From positions 1 through 64,000 of the IMG/VR virus record IMGVR_UViG_3300001450_000023: 64,000 nt of DNA. One strand, 5' to 3'. Made by a program: the position numbers and the translations under genes. The notes beneath the pieces were generated by a model, which saw only the letters and a list, made by a program, of their open reading frames with translations, ran no database searches and was not told the origin of the DNA. Positions 25,901 to 39,600 of this stretch are shown one piece after another; the stretch's first letter is position 1; every line of letters starts with the position of its first letter. Source of the stretch: a virus.

Positions 25901-27628
25901 ATACTCTTTTTTATTATCTTTTAATTCTTTTTTTATTACTTCAGCATTTAATAAGAATTTTTTTACTAATCTTTTTTGTTTAGCTATTTCTTCTTTATAA
26001 CCATTTTCACCAAGATTATCTTTTAATTCTTTTATATGTGCATCAATTTGTTCTTGAGTTGCACCACTTTCAAATAAAGGATTATTTTTAAATTCTTCAA
26101 TTATTTCAGGAATTAAACTAGGATTAATTTGAATAGTATTTTTTAAATACCATTTTTTTCTTTCTTCTAAAGCTTTATTTAAAGCTTTTTGTCTTTGAGC
26201 TGGGTTAACTATATTTCTAGCTTCAGTAATTTTATAATCAAAATCATCTTCCATGACATTTCTATCATTAAAGAATTTAGTAGCATATCTATATATAAGA
26301 TCACCAGTATTATTTCCAAATTCATCTATTTGTTTAAATATGTCCCAGCTTTTAATTTTTTTATTAAAAAATATTCCTCCTGAAGAAGCATCACCTAAAC
26401 CTTCTTTAGCTTTTTCAGAAAGTTTTTCAATTCTTTCAACTTGTTTTCTTGATATTGCTAATTCTTTATTTTCATCATCTTGTAATATAGCTAAAGATAC
26501 ATCAGGTAATACTGCATCTTCAGAAAAAATACCCATAGTAATATCCATTACAAATTTATCAACCCAATTAATATCTATTAAACTTTTAGTTATATCTTCA
26601 TAACTAAATTCCTGATCTTTTATATTTTTAAATTGGCTATTTTCATTTACTATTTTTGTTACTCTTTCTTGTTCAAGTGCAGCTATTTTATTTTGATATA
26701 CATTAGCTTTGAGATATAATTCATTATATAAATCTTTTTCAACTTTATCAATTTCATTATATAATTCAGAAGTAGAAAAATTTTCACCATATATAGAATG
26801 AGTTTTACCTTTTTCCATATTCATTCCATGATAGAAATCTACAATTTGATTAATTTCAATTAACTCAGAAGCAGTTCTTGTTCCTGGTTTATTCATTAAA
26901 TAATCAAGCCTTTGAAAATCAGCTTCTGCAACAGACTTTAATGATTTTAAAGTTTTATTTTCTGTAAGCTCTTGAAGTTCATTTTCTATATCAGATAATG
27001 TTTTATTTAATCTTAATTCTACTTTTACAGCAGTTTGTAATAAATCTTTAAATCTTTGTTTTTGTTCAGGAGAACTTGCTTTAGCAGACTCTATTTGTTT
27101 TTTAGAATTTTTAATTTTAGCTATTCTATTTCTAACTATATTTTTTTGTCTAATTTTATATTGTATTAAATTAGAATGACCATCTCTTGTAGCAAGAGTT
27201 ACATTTTCATAAAATTCATCTGGATTGTTAACATTAAAATTTATTTTTTCAAATTCAGGATTAACACTTAATAAAGGTTTTATATCACCTAAACTTTCTA
27301 CAGTATAAACACCATCTTCTACTATACTACTATTTACATATACAGGTTCATTGTTTGGAAATTTTGTAAATTTAAGTTTAGAATTATCTGTATTATTCTT
27401 ATCTAAATATAAAAGAAGAGGTTCACCATTTACATCTACAGCTTTAGAATCACCAAACCAATCTATAAAATCATCAGTATAAGTTGTCATCCATGCATTT
27501 AAAGCTGCATTTTTATTACCTAATAGTTTATTTAAATCTGAAAATAATTCAGATTCTTTACCATTAGCAGCACTAACTTTTTCTATTTCGTTAGTCTTTT
27601 TATTTGTTACAAAACATGCTTTAGCCAT
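22910..27628 (-). CDS. Large virion cargo (ejection) protein, crAss RNAP-cluster associated
   Basis: 1572 aa, coupled to the RNAP gene; N-terminal F.DWFGD.SK.VD.NGEP motif; helical C-terminal region (HGNYN, FKTWLP) with glycine-rich hydrophobic segment. Confidence 0.7.
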   Translation of the reverse strand: MAKACFVTNKKTNEIEKVSAANGKESELFSDLNKLLGNKNAALNAWMTTYTDDFIDWFGDSKAVDVNGEPLLLYLDKNNTDNSKLKFTKFPNNEPVYVNSSIVEDGVYTVESLGDIKPLLSVNPEFEKINFNVNNPDEFYENVTLATRDGHSNLIQYKIRQKNIVRNRIAKIKNSKKQIESAKASSPEQKQRFKDLLQTAVKVELRLNKTLSDIENELQELTENKTLKSLKSVAEADFQRLDYLMNKPGTRTASELIEINQIVDFYHGMNMEKGKTHSIYGENFSTSELYNEIDKVEKDLYNELYLKANVYQNKIAALEQERVTKIVNENSQFKNIKDQEFSYEDITKSLIDINWVDKFVMDITMGIFSEDAVLPDVSLAILQDDENKELAISRKQVERIEKLSEKAKEGLGDASSGGIFFNKKIKSWDIFKQIDEFGNNTGDLIYRYATKFFNDRNVMEDDFDYKITEARNIVNPAQRQKALNKALEERKKWYLKNTIQINPSLIPEIIEEFKNNPLFESGATQEQIDAHIKELKDNLGENGYKEEIAKQKRLVKKFLLNAEVIKKELKDNKKEYDKYLIQNSPFIAIEYSNSVGNTFGIDMLPRMEYNISIPRKNTAKLSTKNKKYVVSDTDNKTDYYDANFNKIDGNTNLYNFYTEMMSILKEVKEGFPVEIQDKLNVNSIPAFKKAFNEITAESVGPLDKFLKGATTMWRNLGEIFTVGIENQINHAKINYITGKTNYEVNSSFLSQNLTTINNIANAEYELFKKEYERNGDKLPSGKIALSSVKDTALEVLAHNLNLTNGELSKVKSKLPESFSPKVFFKSAAQHKIAENKSFDLPRVLKMYSELGAKYRSRVNSKPIIDLLKSHYDSIKDASLTKVAGRQSNSDDERKNAKARYQNWYNRVVLLNFDREASIDLTDEFTGDDKKSAKNWLQKTQAVINGDKTTFNRILNQEEKRLKETLTKLVSDEKDPKKIKEYKDKINSLGRQWTITSTIDGLLSAIRTKNLGWNVSSSITNYTEGEASNLILAAQGDYFSEANYWRAKGIVTRTFATQSPQFWKDGNKLKKLMKKVDILQDSANELQKSSDVSEFSTILDNLHPMELNRRTEYVIQSPVFVSMLLEQKITDVNGENETSVWDAMDEKGNLRPPYNTADNINSWENMNTIEFRTFKTRVESAINQAHGNYNTNRGMLIKDNVIGRAFSMFKTWLPNALYSRFAVPQDNLLGGIKGYKGRYHSFTAPSSALFFGSLGFMTGGVGAAAMAGLGGSILWTNTISNKWMQKHGQKKPVAFSGPFGYIQDLAYSSMILLQKSIGMPIQRILSIAKVDSNLVSKFGSRNYESRISETFTERDAKNMSANMTELALALQKIAMMIMVHATFWGEDDDEDDPDRQAYNLLMNKIDASLQTITQYNANITALGEAAVPAAWKTIKDIGKIGDAYTEWSMGNDIYTTGIYRGESKLGVAISKTFLPGILKDVVKGEPFGLGLRSQTERIFNPKSFSKKLKYYDETEEQTRKRENKQKRATEKGELVDKLITKFEERKNRRSTAQERKKIKNQISAYLLKKYPSR

Positions 27629-30600
27629 TACCTACAGTTATTTTCTGATTTATCAATAAGATTTTCTATTTGTTTTTTATTACCTGCTTCCATTACAGCT
27701 GCTTCTATTCTATTTTGTGCATCATAATATCCCCATTCTCCTTCCAATCTCCCTTTAATAATATCACCAGCTAGTGTTTTATTATCTGTATCATTGCTTT
27801 CATATAATTGAACTAAGTTATTTATTTCTTCTTCTGAAAATTGATTATTTATATCTAATTTTTTAATAATTTTTTCAAAATCAAAAGGAATTATATCTTG
27901 ACTAACTATAACACCATATCCTGTTGTTGAAGCATTAGAAAAAGCTTCACGATATTCTTTTTCAGATATTTCTTCAACTTTACCATAATCTTCAAGACCA
28001 TATTGATTATTTTCATAATATTTATTATCTGAAGTTTTAAAATAATTTTGATATCGATTATCACTACCAAATTTTTCTACAACACTTTTTAAAGGAATCT
28101 TAACTCTTATTGTAAGATTTTGCATTTCTGGTGGAAATAATTCAAAAATTGTAGCCATATTATTACCAAGACTAAATAATTCTAATTGATTTATAGGATT
28201 ATTAATAATTGTTTTAATTTCATCAGAAATTTTATTTTGTTTAATTATATCACTTTCAATTCCATAATATGTTTCACGATCTCCATATCCCTCCATTTTC
28301 CATTCTAAATCCATAAATTTATCTGTCAAATTATTTAATGATTCAATAACTGATGAATCATCAATTGATGGAGAAAATAAAGTTAATTGTTCTCCACCAT
28401 TTTTCTTATCTTTTTTTAATTCAGTTAATTCATTTTCTAAAATTTTAATTTCAGATTTTAATGCTACCATTTCTGAATTTTTAACATCTCCTCTAAGTTG
28501 TTTATATTTCTTTTTACCTGTTAATAATATTTCAATTATTTCATCTCTAATTTCCATTTCTGATAAAACAACACCTGCTTTTTCTGCAGGAATCATCATA
28601 TCTTCTGCAGCTCTTTCAACACTAACTCCCTTTTTACCTATAAAAGAAGGGTTAATATCTTTTTTAGAACCTATTTTTCCACCTGTTTCTTTTTGTGCTG
28701 AATCAGGAGTTATTTTAGGTAAATTATCTAAAATAAATAAATAAGGATTAGTATCAAGCATTTCTGATTCCATTTGCAATTGATTTAATTCCCTTTCTTT
28801 TATTGCTATTTCTTGCTCTTTATTTTCTATTTGTTCATCAATTTGCAATTTAGATTGTATGATAGGTTTTCCTGCATAAAGATTTCTTAAATCTTGACCA
28901 GGCTCTCTTAATTCTTCAACAACTTTATTTCTAGATATAACTAATGCTTTATTATTATCTATCATAAATACATCATTACCTGCATAGGTTGTAATGTTAT
29001 TTTTTTGTAGATCATTATCAGAAAAGAATCTTTTATTATATTCTGATTTATCATATTGATATAAATAATTAGCTACACCTTTTGCTATTTGTAATTCATC
29101 AGTTATTTCTTCTTGAGAAGAATTAAATAATTTTGGATTAGTATTAACATCTTTTATTGTATATGGTAATTTACCAATTGTAATATTAAATTCATCTTTT
29201 TTAGTATCTAATAAATTATTAACATCATTAATAACTTTATCAGCATCATTAATATCAGGTTGTATAGAAGTAATTTTTTTCTTAGTTTGTATTTCTGCTA
29301 TTTGGAATAAAGAATCAAATGCAGCAGATAAAACATCTACATTTTCTGCATCTAAATTAAGACTTGTTTTTACATTATTTACTAAATCAATTAATACTTT
29401 TTTAATTCTTTGTAGAACAGATTCACCAGAATTTTTATATCCCATTTTATCTAACTCTGCTCTAAAATTATCATTTGATAATAAAGATAAAAACTCTTTA
29501 AGATTAGTAAGACCATAAGCAGTATATTCATTATTACTAAGTCCTTCAAAATTATCTCTTTTAACTATAGTAGATGCAATTACTCCTGGATTGTCTTTTT
29601 CAAATTTACCTCTTGCATAATTGAATACAGTTACTAAATCTCTAACTGGTTTAGGAATATCAGGAACACTTTTTAAATTAGCTCTACCATCTTGTTCTAT
29701 TTCTACATATTTCTCTAAGGTAGTTTCAGTTACAGCATGTATTAATTCATGAATTAATTTTTCAGCAACTGTACTTTCATCATTTGTATTTAAAAATTTT
29801 GAATCAATATAAATAGTATTATTAAGATAAGCTCCAGCTGCTTTATATTTAGTTAAATCTCTAACTACTAATTTAATATCATCAGGTAATATTTGATTTA
29901 ATGTTTCAGCAAGATAAGATAAATTACCTAAATCAGCATTAACTATAGAGTCTATACTTTTTTGTAAATTTCCATCTTTAATATGATTTTTAGTATTAAC
30001 AGCAGAAGATTCTTCTATAGAATCTGAAGAACTCTCCATACCAGCATATTTATCTTCTATTCCCTTTTCTATTAAATCATTTTTTTCTTCTTTTGATTTA
30101 AGAATTGTAACTATAGAATCATTACTAGTATTTATATCATATTCATTAGTACCAAAAGTACTTAATTTATCAGCTCTTTTCCACTTATTAGGACCTATTC
30201 TATAAAATGGATATCTTTCTCCTTCAACTTTAAACTTATACATTCCAGCATAATATTCAAGTTCTGCTTTATTTTTAGAATTTGCTAATGGGAAACTTAT
30301 TGTTTGATCTTTAGAATTATATTTTGGTTTTCTAGGAGGAGATTGTAACTCATTAGTATTATGTTGAAAATATTGAATTTGCCATCTAGATGGATATTCA
30401 TTTTTATTTTCATCAGATGCAATAGGTTGCACCATACTATTTAAATCACTATTTTCATTATAAGCAACACTATCATATCCAGTTGCTAATAAATATGATA
30501 CAGGGATAAATTTAGAAAATTGTATAGCTTCTTGTACACCACCTTCTAATAAAGAATAATTTACAAGATCTTGTGCTAACATTCTTGTAGTATATGGTTT

Positions 30601-33600
30601 TCCATTAAATGGAGGTAATGGTAAATTTCTTTGAATTAAAGTAGGAATAGAATTATATAATCTTGTTTTATCTAAATCTTGACTTGTTGCATTATTATAT
30701 TTAATTAATGATAATCCATTATCATTATCTATTTCATACTCAAATGATTTAATCAATGGATTTTTTAATACCATTGCTTTTACAATCATATCATCAGAAC
30801 CATTTAAAGAATTTAAATATTTAGCTAATGATTCACCATCTTTTTCAGTAAATGATCTTTGTCTTTCATCAAATACATTGTCTGTACTAAATAATGATAA
30901 ATTACTACTGTTAATTAATTTAGTAAATTCTTTTTTAGTTTTTTGATTAGCTTCAATTACTTGTAATTCATTAGTAGAATCTATATTCCTTAAACTTGCT
31001 ATTTGACTAAGAGCATTACTTAAATTTCCTTGATCATATGGAAAATGTTGTTGCCATAATTCATGAGCAGAATACACAGAATTAGCTATCATTTTACCTG
31101 CTATAGTAGTTGGAGTAAATGTTAATACTGTTCCTTCTCTTTCTAAAATTACAACATCACCTTCTTCAGCTTGAGATTTCTCTGAAACTTTTCCAAATAA
31201 TTTTAAAAATGGAGAATAAACTTCTTTTGATTTTCTTACATCTGCTCCAGCAATTTTAGATAAACTTGGATCTTCTAAAAATAAAGATTCAAATTTTTGT
31301 TTTTTAGCTATAACATCAAAGAAAGATTTACCTAAACCTTGTGAATCTATATTTAATAAAGATTGTACTTTTCTTAATTGTTTTCCTTGAGTATTATAGT
31401 CTAAAAATCTTTCTAAAATTAAATATTGTGTTTTAGGATCATTGCCTTTATTTTGAATTTGTTGCTGTAAAACACTTCCATTTATTTCTTTAAATTCATT
31501 ATCAATAGCTCTTTTAATAAGTGCAGCATCTTCTGGCATTAAAGCATTTTTTAAATCAAATTGTGATAATATTAATAATGTATCTGAATCATCTCCAATA
31601 TATTTATCATAAACTATCTTTAAAGCTTCTGCTTGTTTATCTTCAACATAAGGAGCTATAATTGAATTTAAGTTTATTAAAGTGTTTACATAATCTCTAA
31701 TAATAGGTTGATTTAAAAATAATCCAACTATAGAATTACCATTTTCATCTTTATCAAATCCCATTAAAGTCATTACTTTATCTACATCAAATGTTTCTTT
31801 ATTTAAAAACAATTTTTCTAATGCCTGTTCTTTAGCATTATCTGTAGCTAAGTTTTGTCTTGCTGTTAATACATCAGAAATATCTCTTTGATTTGGTCCT
31901 GCTGTTTTTAAATCACCATAAAATTTATTAGATGTAATACTTCCAAAAGAATTTTGTGAAGTTGCAATAGAATTTTGATTTAATAAAGAATGGAATACCA
32001 CATCTATTGAATATGCACCAATACCTACTTTACCAGATGCACCAAGTTTTACTAAATTTTTCTGATAACTATCAGATAACATAGTAAATGATTCTCCAGT
32101 ATTAATATCATCAGCATTTGCAAAAGTAACTAAATCATCTATTTTTTGAGCTTGTCCTTTTTCCCATTCCATAGATAATGCTTTACTTATCTTGGATTGC
32201 ATTTTAGGATTAGATAATACAGAAGAATGTATTTTAACAATATTATTTTTATATATTTTTTTAAGTCTATCCTTTAACTCTTTTATCCTTTCAGGACTTT
32301 TTGGAGTTTTTGAATCTAACTCACTTTGTATTTTTTCTACATTATCAGAAATTACTTTTATATTACCATTTTTATCTACATAATGATATAGACTGTAATT
32401 AGTTTGTTTATCAATATCAAAATCAAGACCTACTTGAGTAAGAGTATTTCTAGGAACAACCATTAAATCACCAGCTTTAGGTGGTAAAAATCCTACAATT
32501 TCTACATCTAACATAGATTGGTGTGATGAAGTAGGAGTTCTAAAAGATATATTAGATAATAATTCTTTATCAAATTTATCTTTTTTAAGCACATATTTAT
32601 CATTTTTTAATTCTACATATCCATCAAATAAATCTATTAAATTACCTTTACTATCTTTAAATCTAGAAGGAAGATAAACTTGTGTTTTATGAACTATAGA
32701 ACCATCTTTATTTATTTGAATTCCTTTTAAATCTCCATCAAAATTTTCATCTAAATAAATAATTTGATTCTCAATATCTTCTGAAACTTCAGTTACTTGT
32801 TTATAACCTTCTGGAGAAGATACTACAAAAGTATTTCCTGGAAATTTTAATTTAGCTATTCTATTTGAAACTACAGAGTTAAGTAATGCTTCTAAATTAT
32901 TAGAACTTGGAGATAGCCATAATGGTAATTTAAATTGATATCCTGTTATTTTTCCACTACCATCTTTTGCATAAGTGTAATCTATTTCTAAAGAATCAAC
33001 AACCTGTTGTTCATAATTTCTTTCTTCAGCTTCCTCTTTTAATAATTTTTTTAATTTATTAGCAGTTTTTTCAATATCTTTAGGTATTCCAGTTTTAACA
33101 TCAATACCTAATTCATCATATAAAGTTTCTTTTTCAAGATCTAAAAGGTCATTAAAATTATCAAAGAATTTTCTTTCTAATGCAGAACCATCAATAGATT
33201 CACCTTTGTATTGAAAACCTTTCATACTAGTTACACCATTACCAAATAACAGTTTAGTAGTTTGTGTACCTTGTGATACTGTATCTTTTTTGCCTTTATA
33301 TGGAACTTCTTGTTGTATTCTGAAATTTTTTCTATCTAATAATAAAGAAGAATTTTCAAATTCTTTTACTAAGGTGTCAACATCATTTTGCATGATATTG
33401 CCATTATCATCAAATATAGTTGCTGAATTTGAATTTGCTCCTACTTTATTTGCAGTATTATATGATAATCTAACTTTTTTATCACCACTCTTTGCTTCAA
33501 GTTTTTCCATTGCTTGTCTTACTACATCTAATTGTGTACCTTCAGTTATCTGAGGAAGCAATGGGATAGAAGATGATTTTATATATACAGTTCTAAATAA

Positions 33601-36600
33601 AGGATTGTCTTGTGTTCCTTCTATAATTTGACCTGTGTATACAGGTTTCATAGGTTGATATACAAATGCAATTAATTCTTTTTCTTCAGCATTCATATCT
33701 TTTAATGCCTTACCTGATTCTACTAATTCTATTGCATTTTCTAATCTTGCACTATCAATTAATCCAGGATTTGCTTTACCTAATTTTTCTAATACATGAA
33801 CATGCTCTTTCCAAGTTGTATATTCTTGGGCATCTGTACTTTCTATATTAAAGAAAGGTTTTGTATTAGGATATTTATTAATAAATGCATCTAATTTATC
33901 TGAATCATTTTTTACTCTATCATATTCATTTTGATCAAAAGTTTTGTTATCTAATAATTTAGTTAAAGATGCTAAGTTATTAGCAGGACCTTCTAAATCA
34001 TTTACAAAAATTTGAATATATTGTTCTTGATCTGAGTCAGCAAGTTTATTACCAGGAGCTATCATTGCTGCTAATCTCTTATTAATATTTTCAGCAGTAT
34101 TTTTAGATATATCAGCAAAATTATCAGCCTTAGATCTTTTATAATACATTGCAGGATCTCCTGCTAATAGCATAAACTGATTAGAATTTGATATCATATT
34201 ATTTACAACAAATTCTATTGCTGAATATATAATTTTATTATTATCAGAAAGATTAGGATCAATAGAATTAAATTTATTTAAATAATCTACATCTAATAAT
34301 TTATTATCATAAACTTTAAGTTCTCCTAAAGGACTAGATTCTACAATATTATAAGTTTCCCAATCATTTAATTTTTGTTTATATTGAATTCCAACAGTCT
34401 TAGTTAAATAATTTTTTGCTTCTTTTTCAAAATTTTCTAAAAAATTAAATTCATCAGGGTTTGTATTTTTTAAATTTTCTTTATCATTATTTAAATATTG
34501 TTGCATTAATTTTGGAAATCCTTCTATATCATTAGCTAACTCTGTTAATGTTTTTTTCTTTCCTTTATAATCAATAATTAAAGAATTTAAGTTAGGGAAC
34601 ATTAAAAATGATCCAGCACCTTTATTATATCCTTTTATATTTGAACCAATTTTTTCATTTAAAAAATTAGTAATTCTTTCAAATTCAGGTAATACAGTTT
34701 GTTCATATAATATATTAATCATATTTTCCCCAGGAACAACATCCCCATCTTCTTTTAAGATAAAATCATCAGCTTTTCTAAAATCTAATGTGGGCATTGA
34801 TATTGTATTAATATTAGACTTATCAGAATTAGTTAATCCTAAATAAGTAGCTGTTCTTAATAAAACACCTTGATAATTTTGCCCTTTAAAAGCACCTTGT
34901 TTCATATCAGTATATAAACCAAGTTTAACCATTTCATGGTCAGCTTCACTAAGGTCTTGTAACTTTGTTCCTTGATATGCTTTTTGCTTTCTTTGCTTTA
35001 TAGATTCTAATGATAAATAATCTATACTAAATGTATTTCTAAGTTTAGTATTTTCAAGCAATTCTAATAACATAGAATGTTTAGAAAATGCTTGCTGTAA
35101 TAATTGTTTTCTTAAAAAAGGATCATTTTTTAATTCCTGCTCTCTTTCCTTAATATATGTTTTATTAATATGAGTTTGCAAAGTCTTTTTTGCAACTCTA
35201 AAAGAAGTTGGACTTATAGTATTTGCAAATAAAGCTTCTTCTATTGCATAATTTTTTAATATTGTTTCTTTTAAAATATTATTATCTTCTACAAGATTAT
35301 TGTCTTTATTAATACTTGATAATTTATCTTTAATAATTTTTATTAAAGATAAAGGACTAGCTTGACCAAAACTTTCTTGAAAAGTTTTTCTACTATTTTC
35401 TGAATTTATATAAATACCATTATCAATAATATTTTTAATATTATCACTTGATAATACTATACCTACTTCTTCTAGAACAGATTGTAATTCTTTTATACTA
35501 TTATCTAAATCTATTTTTTTCCCAAGTCTATCATATAAACTTAAAGCACTAGGAGTTTCTTTTACTTTATCATTAACTATAGAATATACTTTATTATCTT
35601 TAATAAAGGTAGAACCTTCTGTTAGTTGAATACCTGCTTTTTGTAATGATGCTAAATTTTGATTTTTTATATCTTTATCAAAATCATCTATTTTAGCTTG
35701 TGTTCGTTTTCTAACAATTTTACCCCCAGGTTTTTCATAAATATTATTTAATCTTTTAATAACTCTATCAACTTCATTTATATTATATGTATAAACACCA
35801 TTGTCATCTCTTTCAATTAAAGAAGAGTCTTTAAGATTATTTTCAAATCTTTTTAAAATAATATTTGCAACTTCACTAGAATTAGAATTCATCACTTTAA
35901 CATGAGGTTTTCCTTTTGAGTCTATTGAAAACATTACAAATTTCATATTCAATTTGCTCTTATCAAAAAATGATAAAAATTGATTTTGAACTTTTTCAGG
36001 TTCAGCATTAAATTTATCTATAACCTCTTGTAAAAATGGGAATGCTTTTACATATTGATTAAGTGTAGCTAATTGTACTTTTTTAGAGCCACCAGCATTT
36101 GATAATATTTGTTGTAATATTTCTACAGTTGTATCTACAGGAATAACAGATGGTAATCCTAAAAAGTCAGTCATTGTATTAAAATCTTTATCAACTTCTT
36201 TAATACCAGTAAGTAATTCTCTTACTTCTGCTGAAATAGAATTTTTACCACCCTCTTCTAAAGCATTTTGAGAATAATTTTTTTCTTTTTGATTTTCTTC
36301 AGATTGATTCTCTTCAAATTTATCAGGAGTTGAGACTTCTTTTAAATTTGTTTTTTTAAGAGCTTCCTCAATTATACCTTCTTTATTATTTGATATATTA
36401 TTAAGATAGTCTATTAGATGTTCATATTTTCTAATATATTCATCTTTTTGTTTTTCATCCCCAATTAATTCTTTTATTTGCTCAATTCTTTCTAAGTAGT
36501 GTTGTTTTTTTACATCTACATAATTAGATAATTGATTGTCTATTTCTTCTTTAAGTTCTGATGCAATTAAAGGTTTATCTCTATTATCTCTTTTATATTT

Positions 36601-39600
36601 TGTAATTGCATTATAAGAATAATCTACTAATGAATTAAAATGATGAACTTGTATTCCTGAATGTTTATTTAAAACTTCTGATATTTCTTCTGCACTTTCA
36701 CCTGAAATTTCAACTGGTGAAAAAATCATAAGCTGACCTTCTATTTCATCAATACTTCTTAATTCATTATCAATTTTATTTTGAAGTGCTTGTTTAGAAA
36801 TTTGAGTTTTATATATAACTAATTCTCTATTTGTTTTAGTGTCATTATTTATATACCCAATTAATGAAGTATATCCTGCATCTAACATTCCCTGCCTAAC
36901 AGCTTCATTTTTTTCTTGCATAGTAGAGAAAGTCTTACCCTCCTGTGCTCTTTGGGAAATCTTCATAAACTCTTCTTGACCTTCTTCTGTAGTAGCATCT
37001 AAATTTTTTGAAGCATCATATTGTATTTCTACTTCTGTAACCTGCCCCTCTGTACTATCTTGAAATGCTTCATCTAAAGCAATATATCTTCCAGCACCTC
37101 TTTGAGCATTTTCTACTTTTGAAGAGAATGTTCCTTCTGTTCTAAACCCTTTTACTTTTACAATTTCAGGTTCAGTTTTATTTCCAGATTGTTCTTGTGC
37201 TTTTAATTTTTTTAATATTTCTTCTACTTCAGAAGTTTTATTATTTAATATTGCTTTTTCTCTAGAAGTTAACTGCTCATCATTTTTAATTTTATTTGCA
37301 ATACTATTAATTCTATCTTCTGTTACAACACCATTATCAACAAAGTTATTATACTCTTCATCAAGTACTACATCTTTAACTTCATGTACTTCTTCTAATA
37401 CTTGTTCATTAGAAGCTGGTTGTACTTGAGCTTCATCAGATTCTATAGAAATTTCTATTGATGGATTTGTAGTAAATGTAGTTTTACTTTTTCCATCTCT
37501 TGTTTCATATTGAAAAGGTTTTAAATTTATTTCTAAATTGTTTGATATATGTTCAATATAATTAGAATGAGTTTTCTTAAAAGTTAATTCTTCATTACCT
37601 GTAATATCAAATGTAGGTAAATCTATTCTATTATTTAAAGTTTCAAAATTAGAAGCACCTGCTAAATCTTTAATGATAGATGAGTTATCATGAAACTTTT
37701 TTATTCTTTCATTAAAGAAATTATTAAATTGATCTTGAGTTTTTAAATTTTGAACTTGTTTAGCAATTGAATATTTTCCAAACTTTAAAGTTTTAGTAGT
37801 GCCATCACTCATTTTTTTCCCAACAAGAATCATATATTGATGAGTAGCTGATCCAGTTTTTGGCATACTTACTAATAAACTATCTGCTGAACCATTTTTT
37901 AATGCTTTATCAAAATTATTATTTTCAATTGAAGGATTTCCTTTTGCTATACGGGTTGTTTTTTTAAAAATATTTTTAATAGTATTTGCATCAGTTAAGT
38001 CAATACCAACTGCTTTAGCTGCTTCTACCATTTTATCAAACTGATTCATAGTTGGAAGTTTTGTATCATTTTCACTATTATAAGTGTCAACAAAACTATC
38101 ATACATAGTTCTATATTCATTTTTACCACTATAGAACATGTGGAATAACATTAAATTCTTTAATGTATCAGATTGATTTTCAGATATTTGAGAATTAAGA
38201 GTAGGGTAAATTACATATTTAGGAACATTTTTATCACCAACTTTTACAGATGTATTTCCAGGTACAACTACAAAAGTAAAATTACTTTTACCTTTAATTG
38301 TATGATCTCCTGTTTGTGCTTCAGGTAAATTTACTACTTTACCATTTTTATCATAATAAATAAAATCACCATTTCTTGCTTTTATAGCTATATAATAATC
38401 TTTAAGTTCTGGAATTTTAAATGTTCCACTTTCTCCTGCTGCACTTTGTGAAGCTCCTAAACTACCATTAGTTTTATTTGTAATTTTTGCTGTTAGCTTT
38501 AAATCTTTATCTGTATTACTATAAAGATTTTTTAACTTAGCTCTTATATTATTTAATTTTTCTATTTGCAATAATCTATCTTCTACACCTAAACTTTTAT
38601 TATTAGAATTTTTTAGATAAGAAGGATCTTGTATTATAGCTATAATATTTCCAGATGCATCTGATACAGCTAATGGTATTTTTTTCCAGTAAAGATCATC
38701 TGCAACACTTATTTTATATTTTTCTACAAACTCTTTAAAAGTTATATATGATTGTTCTTTATCTTCTTCAGGAGAATAAGTATCAGTATCTGATAATGTA
38801 GATTTATTATCTATTTCATCATCTAATACTAAAATATTATCTATTTTATCTGTTGAAAATGGTTGAATAGTTAATTGTTCTCCTGGTAAATAAGATGATG
38901 GATCTAATATATAATTTGCTCCAGGAGTATCTGTACCAGGTTGTAATTTTGAATAATCATAATTACCATTTTTATCTTTTTGAAAGTTTACAAAAGTTAG
39001 AGGAACATTTTCTACAGAATATGAAGTTTCAATTGCAGATTCTTCTTGAGATACTTCTTCAACTCTATCTGAAACTTTATCAATAAGTTTTTTTGATTCA
39101 GTTTTATTTTGATATCCTGAATCATAATCTAATAAAGAAAGTATATCTTGTTCAGGTCCTACAAAATATTTATTATATATTTCTTTAAAATTAGCATCCC
39201 CTTTTACTAATTTATATCCTTTTGTAATAAAATCCCATTGAGTTTCTACCCTATCTTTACCAGCAGTATCTATAAAATATTTTACAAATGTTTCAAAAGT
39301 AGGTTCAACATTATTCTCTTGAATAGAGATTTTATTTATAACATTTTCAAATTGATTTTTTAATTGCTCTTCTGTTAATACAATAGGAGAAAATGAACCA
39401 GCTTCTAAATCATTTTCTAATTCACTTTCTGTTTCAGAACCTTCTGTAGAAGTAATTGGTTTATCATTTGGAGTAATACCAAGAAGATTATTTATACCAC
39501 TTTTTAATTCTGAATTTGTATTATTAATACCTTGTTCAATAACATTACTCTCATGTGCTTCTTCATCAGTATAATTCTCTTCATGAAATAATTCATATAA

